NCBI GenBank assembly: GCA_049999805.1
Contig: JBNGIO010005879.1
Location: 1-37,809, forward strand
Length of the DNA: 37,809 nucleotides
Source: Folioceros fuciformis
Taxonomy: Eukaryota
Direction: 5' to 3'
In this document: in pieces, positions 25,641 through 34,813 of the stretch
How positions within the stretch are numbered: the first letter of the stretch is position 1
Layout of the letters: each line of letters opens with the position of its first letter
Position numbers and translations under genes: made by a program
Notes under the pieces: generated by a model
Seen by the model: only the letters and a program-made list of their open reading frames with translations
Database searches by the model: none
Told to the model about the DNA's origin: nothing

Positions 25641-26171
25641 GTGCAACGTGCAACCTCGATTCAAAGGTTGAGTTGAGAATGAGCGAGGCGAGTTGCTAAA
25701 AACTGTCATTGTCTATATGCTTATCTATGCTTTATACGTCTTCTTTTGGGCAATATCCTATTTGGTTGGTTTCTCAAAGTGGCCATCAAGAATGCAGGAA
25801 TTGGAGCTGATATGCTAGTAGATACCCCATAAAAAATGACTTTAGTAGTTCGAGAGAGAGTTGTGGCTTTGGCATGCCATACACCACTTACATCAATACA
25901 TATTTTTTTCTCCTTTATACAAGAGTATACCTTAATATCACAAGCCTTTGCATGTATTATATGGCTCAAGCTAGTCTTTTGCAAAGGCCTCATGGTTTAT
26001 TCAATGTTATGGGAATATGAAAATAACATGGTGTGCATTTGTCTCTTCCTAGATTTTGTCTCCCATTCTTACGAAATCCCTTCATTGACTTGCATTGATG
26101 GGAAAGCCCCTACACTACCTTTTGAGCCCCTATACTACCTTTTGTGTGCCTGGAACATCAAATATGTGCTA

Positions 26172-26597
26172 CTGGCAAATAAGGAGGTGGATAGAGAAAT
26201 TAGCCTTTCAAGGACTTAAGCCCGACAAACGGATAGTTTGCCTACTTTGCAAACAAAAAGTTTGCTTGCTTCATTTACATAGAGTAGTTGGCATGCCCTA
26301 ACATCCCTACCAAGCTTGTCGAATGATCCTACCTAGTCTTAGAGGTTAGTAGAATATGACATTGGTGGGGTGAATGAGGTTGTGAGCAAATTTTGTCAGC
26401 AAGGACAAATCATCAAGGTTGTTGAAGCTTTGGGAGTTCTGGTGGAAAGAGCATGTCCTTTGCCAAAATCTCTAGGAGTTTTGGTGGAGAGAGCATGTCC
26501 TTTGCCAAAATCTCTCTTCTGTGCTCTTCTAGAAGTTGCGTGGTTAAGATGGAAATAATTTTGGGTCAACGAGTCCATGGTCTCGTAGTGATAGGGG
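26172..26597 (+). pseudogene. Decayed copy of the 5' coding region of PPR-2
   Basis: Aligns to ~27787-28145 (EVVSKFCQQGQIIKVVEALGVLVERACPLPKSL). Internal 39-bp duplication of GVLVERACPLPKSL, frameshifts, and many C>T/G>A changes. Confidence 0.9.
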
Positions 26598-27645
26598 TCT
26601 TTCCCTAAATTTTGTGTCCCATTCATGGAAAAGCCCTACAATCACTTGCATTGATAGAAAACCCCTACACTCATTTTCATGGCGCTACACCCCTAGCCTC
26701 ATGGTTTAGGGTGTTGAGGAATGTTGTGGCCATTACATACATGGGCATAGAAGGTAGATCTATTGAGGGTAATCCAGCCAAAGTATTTTTATCCTGTCAC
26801 CATGATAGGGTCACCTATCATAATTCCATTCTCTCTTGCATCATACCAAGATATCCATACTCTTAATTTATAGTGAGAATCATCATAGTATGTATATTTT
26901 TATTGAATTTGTCTTTATTTTTACTATAAACAAATATGTGAGAGGCCAAATGGACAATGGAGCTTTCCCTTGGAGGCTCGCTTTCTTTCTTCCTCCGTGC
27001 TTTCATGAGCTCGTCATCTTCCATTTTAAGCTAAGGAAAAGCCCCAACATTTTTCATTGTCGTGTTCGATGCATCGTAAGAGCTGGGAATTTGTGCACAA
27101 AGACATGTCAGTCGGTGTCAACATTTTTCGCACCAGTCTTGAAGATGCTCCAACCATGCGTTGCCGTAGCGGTGAAAACCCCCGCAGCAGGTATCTCAGT
27201 CTGGACGAGCTGGTTCAGGTCCATGCCAAAGCGATTCCTATCAGTGCCGGAAGATACTTGCAAACTTTATGGTCCTGTGCGTGCCGCGATGTCCTGGAGC
27301 AGAACCCGCAGGTTGGTCAAGATGGATAACCTGGCATCACATTTGTGTCCCGTTTATGTAAGCCAGCGCGCTTTCAAGCTTTCTGGTCATCCGCGTAGTC
27401 TCCGTGATGGACAGCGCTTTTGGACTTCATTCGCAAGCCTTTACGACGGCGATTGTGACCCGGCTTACATCTGATCGGGGCTGCTGTGAGGATGCAAAAT
27501 GGGATTGGCTATTTTCCTTTATTTGATGACATGGTGGAGTTGATCATGGATGCATGTCCCTGAACCCTGTGCAAGGCAAGGTGAGCCTACCGTCTGCTGC
27601 CTCTGTGTGCATTTGTCCACAGATTGTCCCTGGTCCTTGAGGGTC

Positions 27646-30600
27646 ATGGCGGACCAAACCATTGCCCTGGATGTACACCGGGGCCAGCAGGAGTTTTTTC
27701 TCAGGACTGAAGAATTCATCATTGGTGGGTTAACGGGAGTTCCAGGCAGAGCTCCGGCTCGACTGGCTTTAACCAGCCATCTGATGGCAGACAAGGAGGC
27801 CGGCAGGGACATCAGCCTTTTAAGGACTTCAGCCCGACGAACAGAAGGTTTGCCTGCTCCATTTACGCAGAGCGGTTGGCGTGCCCTGACATCTCTACGG
27901 AGCTTGTCGAATGATCCCGATCAGCCCCAGAGGTCAGCAGAATACAACATTGGTGGGCTGATTGAGGTTGTGAGCAAATTATGTCAGCATCGACGGATCA
28001 TCGAGGCTGTTGAGGCTCTGGGAGTTCTGGTGGAGAGAGCATGTCCTTTGCCCAAATCTCTCTTCTGTGCCGTGCTGAGAAGTTGCGTGGTTAAGAAGGA
28101 AATAATTCTGGGTCGCCGAGTACATGGTCTCGCGGTTAAAGGGGGTTATGAGTCGGACACATTCTTGTGCAATCACATACTACGCATGTATGTTTCTCAT
28201 GCCAGGTTGCAAGAAGCCATGGACATGTTCACCGTGGTTTCTAGACCAGATGCTTTCACCTGGTCTGCCATCATTTCTGCGCATGTTAAACAAGGACAAG
28301 CTATGCAAGGCATACAACTGTATAGTCAGATGCGCAGGTCCAAAGTGAAGCCAGATGGTCACGTGTTTGTGGCAGCCTTACAGGCATGTGCCATGGAAGC
28401 AGACTTTAAAGCTGGGAAACAGGTCCATGCTGATGTGTTGGCCAGTGAGACCGAGCCTGACTTGTTTGTTTTTAACTCCTTGGTAGACATGTATGCAAAG
28501 TGTGGTAGATTGGATGACGCACAACGAGTGTTTGACGGGCTCCTTCACAAGGATATTGTGACGTGGAACGCTTTGATAGCAGGATATTCCCAGCAGGGCA
28601 TGGGTCAGGAAGCCCTTCGTCTGCATGGTGCTATGCAACAAGAAGGCGTTGTTGCACCTGATCCCATCACATTTGCTTGTCTCCTGCAGGCATGTGCAGG
28701 TTTGGGTGCACCTTCTCTCCAAACAGGGAAGCAGCTTCATGCGCGGATTCAAGAACAGGGTCTTCATTCTAACGTGCTAGTATCAACCAGTTTGATTAAC
28801 ATGTTTGCAAAGTGTGGGAGCCTAGGTGATGCTCAAAGAGTCTTTGATGGGCTTGTTCAGAAAGATGTTTCGACGTGGAATGCTATGATAGCAGGATATT
28901 CCCAGGAGGGCATGGGTCAGGAAGCCCTTGGCCTTCACAGAGCTATGCAGGAAGACGGTGTTGTTGCATGCAACTCTGTGACATTTGCATGCCTCTTGCA
29001 GGCATGTGCGAGCCTGGGTACTCCAGCTTTGGAGAAGGGAAAGCAGCTCCATGCACAGATAAGACAACAAGGACTTGAGGTTGATGTGGTTGTAGGAAGC
29101 AGCCTGGTAAACATGTATGCGAAGTGTGGCGATCTAACGAATGCTCAGAACACATTTGACAGAATTGTTGAAAAGAATGTGGTGACATGGACTGCACTAT
29201 TAGCAGGATATTCCCAGCAGGGTTTGGGTCAGGAAGCCCTTCATGTTTACAGTGCTATGCAAGAAGAAGGCATGGCTGCACCTGACTCTGTGATGCTGGT
29301 GTGCCTCTTGCAAGCATGTGCAAGTGTGGGTGCCCCTGCTTTGGAGACAGGCAAGCAACTTCATGCTCAGATTGGACAACAAAGAGTTCAAGTTGATTCA
29401 ACTGTCGGAAATAACTTGATAGACATGTATGCAAAGTGTGGCAGCCTAGGGGATGCGCAGAGCGTGTTCGAGGGTCTCAGTGAGAAAGATGTGGTTACAT
29501 GGACCGCCCTCATAGCCGGATATTCCCAGCAGGGCATGGACAAAGAAGCCTTGCATCTTTTCAATCGTATGAAGAAAGATGGGATTGTTGCACCCGATTC
29601 GGTGACATTTGTGTGCCTTCTACAGGCGTGTGCAAATCTGGGTCCTCAAGCTTTGGAGACAGGCAAGCAGCTGCATGCACAAATTCAAGCACAGGGACTT
29701 CAAACTTGTGTGGCCGTAGGAAACAATTTGGTGAACATGTATGCAAAGTGTGGCAGCATAGAGGATGCTCAGAATGTGTTCATTGGACTTGGTCAGAAGG
29801 ATGTGGTGACATGGACAGCTCTCATAGCAGGGTACTCCCAACAGGGAATGGGTCAGGAAGCCCTTCTTCTTTACCGTGCCATGGAAGAATCAGGCACCAC
29901 TGCACCCGATTCTGTGACATTTGTTTGCCTCCTGCAAGTGTGTGCAGGATTGGCAGCCCTGCATGTGGGTAGTCAGCTGCATGCACAGATCGAACATCAG
30001 GGGCTCCAGACAGATGTGACTTTGAGCAGCAGCTTAGTAAACATGTATGCTAAGTGTGGCAGCATGGCCGATGCACGGCAGGTGTTTGACACAATGTGTG
30101 AACGAGATATTGTCGCCTGGAATGCCCTTATCGCAGGGTATAGCCGGCAAGGACAGAGTGCTGTGGTCTTTGACTTGGTTCAGAAAATGGGCGAGGATGG
30201 CGTCCTGCCAAATGGAATAACGTTCCTCAGTCTACTAACTGCATGCAGTCATGCGGGTCTTGTGAACAAGGGGCGTCATTACTTTGAGGCTATGAGCAAA
30301 GACTATGGCATCGCGCCCACTGCAGAGCATTATACATGTATGGTGGATCTCCTCGGCCGTGCAGGCCTACTTGAGGCGGCACTAGCAGCGGCAAGGGCAA
30401 TGCCCGTTCAGCTTCCTGATGCCTGGCACGCTCTGTTAGGGGCTTGTCGAAAATGGAGCAACGTAGAGGTTGGCCGCTTTTGTTTTGACGAAGCACTGAA
30501 GCTCGACGAACATGATTCTTCCGCATACGTCTTGATGTCAAATATATTCATAGGTGCCCAGATGTGGGAAGAGGCAAAGGAGGTGCAGGCGAGGAGAAGA

Positions 30601-30783
30601 AGAATCGGAGCATGGAAGCAGCCGGGCCAAAGCTGGTGGACAGACATGGATGGACTGGTGCATAGCTTCGTGGTCGGGGATAGGTTCCATCTTAAAAGTG
30701 AAGGGATTATGCCAGGCTCGAACAGCTTGCTTACCCAACGAAGAGAGAGTTGTGCCTCACATCTAGACATTGATAAGACTTAG
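27646..30783 (+). CDS. PLS-class PPR protein 2 (7 PLS triplets, E1-E2, truncated WW-type PG box/E+)
   Basis: Long ORF with exact 312-nt triplet periodicity (28561, 28873, 29185, 29497, 29809) and PG box KQPGQSWWTD; no HxE or CxxC. The start is uncertain: ATG 27550 or 27646, or an upstream transit-peptide-like exon 27145-27357. Confidence 0.92.
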   Translation: MADQTIALDVHRGQQEFFLRTEEFIIGGLTGVPGRAPARLALTSHLMADKEAGRDISLLRTSARRTEGLPAPFTQSGWRALTSLRSLSNDPDQPQRSAEYNIGGLIEVVSKLCQHRRIIEAVEALGVLVERACPLPKSLFCAVLRSCVVKKEIILGRRVHGLAVKGGYESDTFLCNHILRMYVSHARLQEAMDMFTVVSRPDAFTWSAIISAHVKQGQAMQGIQLYSQMRRSKVKPDGHVFVAALQACAMEADFKAGKQVHADVLASETEPDLFVFNSLVDMYAKCGRLDDAQRVFDGLLHKDIVTWNALIAGYSQQGMGQEALRLHGAMQQEGVVAPDPITFACLLQACAGLGAPSLQTGKQLHARIQEQGLHSNVLVSTSLINMFAKCGSLGDAQRVFDGLVQKDVSTWNAMIAGYSQEGMGQEALGLHRAMQEDGVVACNSVTFACLLQACASLGTPALEKGKQLHAQIRQQGLEVDVVVGSSLVNMYAKCGDLTNAQNTFDRIVEKNVVTWTALLAGYSQQGLGQEALHVYSAMQEEGMAAPDSVMLVCLLQACASVGAPALETGKQLHAQIGQQRVQVDSTVGNNLIDMYAKCGSLGDAQSVFEGLSEKDVVTWTALIAGYSQQGMDKEALHLFNRMKKDGIVAPDSVTFVCLLQACANLGPQALETGKQLHAQIQAQGLQTCVAVGNNLVNMYAKCGSIEDAQNVFIGLGQKDVVTWTALIAGYSQQGMGQEALLLYRAMEESGTTAPDSVTFVCLLQVCAGLAALHVGSQLHAQIEHQGLQTDVTLSSSLVNMYAKCGSMADARQVFDTMCERDIVAWNALIAGYSRQGQSAVVFDLVQKMGEDGVLPNGITFLSLLTACSHAGLVNKGRHYFEAMSKDYGIAPTAEHYTCMVDLLGRAGLLEAALAAARAMPVQLPDAWHALLGACRKWSNVEVGRFCFDEALKLDEHDSSAYVLMSNIFIGAQMWEEAKEVQARRRRIGAWKQPGQSWWTDMDGLVHSFVVGDRFHLKSEGIMPGSNSLLTQRRESCASHLDIDKT

Positions 30784-30866
30784 ATAACAAGAACCCTCTA
30801 CTTTCCCGTACCAGATGTCAGCCTCTTGAAGGGCTTTTCAACTAGCTGCAGCTAACAGAAAACTAT

Positions 30867-30913
30867 CTGATGTGCTTAATTGACAACATATACAAGTCAA
30901 TTAAGCACATCAG
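30867..30913. other. Perfect 18-bp inverted repeat (hairpin) in the PPR-2 3' region
   Basis: CTGATGTGCTTAATTGAC - 11-nt loop - GTCAATTAAGCACATCAG. Confidence 0.9.
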
Positions 30914-31122
30914 TAAGCAGAAAGAAGATAGCAGGACCCAGACAAGTTCTCTGACAATGTTCAAATTTGATGGCTCAGTGCATGTGGCCAAGAACTGTTA
31001 GATACCTCCATTTCTTAAGCTAACGGCAACGGGTTTGGGGTTTAGCAACTCACATTTCGCACACTATTTGGTCAATACATACGAAGATAGACCCCTTTAA
31101 CGTGTGGGCAGTATGATCTCTT

Positions 31123-31193
31123 TACGTCTCTATGGTTCCTCCTGTGCCACTCTGGAAGTCTAGCAACCGTGGTGGTCTAAAAAGCGGGTCCAG
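31123..31193 (+). repeat. 71-bp element, copy 2 (between PPR-2 and PPR-3)
   Basis: 70/71 identical to 16699-16769. Confidence 0.95.
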
Positions 31194-31843
31194 GTTCGTA
31201 CGTCAAACCCCTAACAATCGCGGTAGTGTAGTTCGTTGGCAATTTCCTGTTTGGTGTTCAATTCGACACTGGAAGGAAGTCAATGTATTGCCTTTGTCAC
31301 ACGAAAGGTAGAAAGAGCCCACTCGCAATGGAGCTGCATGAGTTCAAGCAGTCTCATTCGACGCCACGTACAAGGAGTAGCCGAAACAGGCACTTTTCCC
31401 GTCATCTACTTTCAGCTTGGCTAATCACGTTTCAGCCGAAAAGCCTTGTATGAACATTGTGCTTTGAGAATTCACTGTCATGCAACTTTGGAAGCACTTA
31501 GCAGGTGAGAACAGAGGGGCCGGCCGGCCGCCCGGAAATGCTACCTTTGCGACATGTGTGCAGACCAATGCTGGAGCTTCCAGTTCCGTCAAATGGGTTG
31601 CCATGAATCGGTGGCCAGGGGAAGGCGTACTGGAGTTTCAAGCGTGCAGAACAACCGGTCCCGTGAATTTGCACCTGGGAATTCCCAAGTCCATGATTGC
31701 AGAAGTAGAAAACATTTGCCAGTGCATGTCGATGTGGACTGTGGGTAAGGAGATACGAACAATGTGAGGAGCTTGTCCCTGCTGGCGGATAGCAGTAAAC
31801 CTGCTGTTGACGTGACAGGGGTTAGACCATGTTCCTGGTAGAA

Positions 31844-34655
31844 ATGGCTGGGTGGGGAGTTGAACTTGATTCATGCAGAGGGCAACTGGACTACTTTCTC
31901 TGCACCCAACAAATCTGTGGCTTGACAGGATCTGTAGGTAAAGCTATAGAGCACGTGAATTTTGAATTTCCGTCATTGCGAAACAACGAGGCCGCAAGGT
32001 GCAGTAGCCTTGGAAGGAATCCAGCCCGGCCAACAGAAGATCTGGATCTGCGGATGGGTGGTGGGGNNNNNNNNNNNNNNNNNNNNNNNNNNNNNNNNNN
32101 NNNNNNNNNNNNNNNNNNNNNNNNNNNNNNNNNNNNNNNNNNNNNNNNNNNNNNNNNNNNNNNNNNTATGTCAGGAGGGGCGGGTTGCTGAGGCTTTTGA
32201 GGCTTTGCTAGTGCTGGTGGAGACAGGCTATCCGATTCCCGTATCTCTGTTCTATGCTGTCCAGAAACTATGTGCGCTCAAGAAGGATCTGGCCCTGGGT
32301 CGCCGTGTTCATGGCCTCGCAGTAAAAACGGGGTATGTGTCGGACACGATGTTGTGCAACCATATCTTGCGAATGTATGTTTCTCATGCCAAGATGGAAG
32401 AAGCGATGGATGTGTTCACCTTGGTTTCCAAACCAGATGCCTTCACTTGGTCGGCCATAATTTCTGGGCATGTCAAACACGGACAAGCTAAGCAGGCCAT
32501 ACAATTGTATTATCAGATGTGCAGGTCGAGCGTGAAGCCTGATGGCCACGTTTTTGTAGCCGCTCTACAAGCTTGTGCCAGGGGAGTAGATTTGCAAACT
32601 GGGAAGCAGGTTCATGCTGATGTGGTGGCCAGTGGGGCTAAGTCTGACTTGTTTGTCGGGAACTCCTTGGTGTATATGTATGCAAAGTGTGGCTGCTTAG
32701 ACGTGGCTCAAGGAGTGTTTGATAGCCTTACTCGAAAGGACGTTGTGACATGGAATGCCATGATAGCAGGGTACTCCCAGAAGGGCATGGGTAAGGAAGC
32801 CCTTCATCTCTACAATGCCATGAAACAAGAAGGGGCGGCTGCACCTGATTCTGTGACATTTGTGTGCCTTCTGCAGGCATGTGCAAGTCTGGGTGACCTG
32901 GCTTTGGAGAAGGGGAAGCAACTTCATGCGCAGATTCGGCAACAAGGACTTCAGGCTGATGTGGTTGTAGGTTCTAGCCTGGTCAACATGTACTCAAAGT
33001 GTGGCAGCTTAAAGGATGCTCAGGTCGTGTTTGACATACTCGGTGAAAAGAACGTAGTGACCTGGACCGCTCTGATAGCAGGATACGCTCAGCAGGGCAT
33101 GGGTTTAAAAGCCCTTGATCTTTACAATGCTATGCAAGAGGAAAGCATCGCCGCACCAGATTCTGTGACATACATCTGTCTCCTGCAGGCATGTGCAAGT
33201 GTGGGCACCCTTGCTTTAGAGACTGGAAAACAGCTGCATGCAGAGATTCAGGAGCGAAGACTTCAAGTGGACGCGAATTTAGGAAACAATTTGATTAACA
33301 TGTATGCAAAGTGTGGAAGCCTGGAGGATGCCCAGAGCATTTTTAACAGACTTGGTGAGAAGGATGTCGTGTCGTGGACTGCTCTCATAGCAGGTTACTC
33401 CCAGCAGGGCATGGGTCAGGAAGCTCTTCGTCTGCACCGTGCTATGGAACAAGAAGGCCTTGTTGCACCCGATTCTGTGACATTTGTGTGCCTCTTGCAG
33501 GCATGTGCGAGTGTGGGTTCTTCGGCTTTGGACAAGGGGAGGCAGATTCATTCGCAGATCAAAGGACGAGGGCTTCAAGGTGATGTTACTGTCGGAAACA
33601 ATTTGATAAACATGTATGCAAAGTGTGGCAGTATAGAGGATGCCCACATTGTGTTTGACGAACAAGCTCACAAAGATGTAGTGACGTGGACCACTTTGAT
33701 AGCAGGATACTCACAGCAGGGGATGGGTCAGGAAGCCCTCCATCTGTACAGTGCTATGAAAGAAGGACTCGTTGTCCCCAATTCCGTGACTTTCGTGTGC
33801 GTCCTACAAGCATGTGCAAGTTTAGCAGCTTTGCATGCGGGAAGGCAGCTTCATGCGCTGATCGTAGACCGAGGGCTTCAATCTGATCTGACTGTAGCCC
33901 GGAGTTTGATCAACATGTATGCAAAGTGCGGGAGCATGGCTGATGCGCAGAAAGTGTTCGATGCATTGCCCCAAAGGGACGTGATTGCCTGGAATGCACT
34001 TGTTGCAGGATACAGCCGACAAGGAGACACCGACGGTGTCTTCGACTTGGTGCACAGAATGAGGGAAGATGGAATACAGCCAGACGGCGTCACATTCCTA
34101 TGTGTACTAACTGTCTGCAGTCATGCGGGTCTAGTGGACACGGGACACGAGTACTTTGAGGCCATGCGCACAGACTATGGCATCACTCCTACCGTGGAGC
34201 ACTACACATGCGTCGTGGATCTATTGGGTCGTGCCGGTCAGCTTCAGGAGGCGCTAGCGGTGGTTACAACCATGCCCGTACAGCCTCCAGATGTATGGCA
34301 CGCTTTGCTTGGCGCTTGTCAAAAGTGGAGCGACGTAGAAGTGGGGCGCTATGCTTTCCAAGAGGCGGTGAAGTTGGATGAAAAAGATGCCTCGGCATAT
34401 GTGTCAATGTCGAACATATATCTCAGTGCCCAGATGTGGAAGGAGGCTCAGGAGGTGCAGGTGAAGAGAACCGAAATCGGAGCGTGGAAAGAACCTGGTA
34501 AGAGCTGGTGGACAGACATGGACGGACTCGTACATGGTTTCGTAATCGGGGACAGGACGCATCCCGAGAGCGACGATATACACGCAACATTGCAACAGCT
34601 ACTTCTTGATATTAAGACTGGAAACTATGTGCAACATGCGGACTATTCCTTGTAA
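31844..34655 (+). CDS. PLS-class PPR protein 3 (6 PLS triplets, E1-E2, WW-type E+), spanning an assembly gap
   Basis: The pre-gap N-terminus MAGWGVELDSCRGQLDYFL..GLTGSVGKA resembles PPR-2 MADQTIALDVHRGQQEFFL..GLTGVPGRA. The post-gap ORF has PLS repeats and ends KEPGKSWWTD...HPESDDIHATLQQL...GNYVQHADYSL*. Confidence 0.9.
32067..32166. other. Assembly gap (100 N, placeholder size)
   Basis: Run of exactly 100 N; the coding frame differs on either side. Confidence 0.99.
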
Positions 34656-34813
34656 AGCTGCAGCAGTTTTTGTGTAACAAATAACTAAGATACTCTGAAT
34701 GTGGAGACCAACCAGTTCCACACATTGGTGCGGCTTTAAGACCACCACAGGCCTGTGCTGTGTACTCATGCGCTGTGGCGCAGTGACAATTTCAACAGGC
34801 AAGAAGCCAACCA

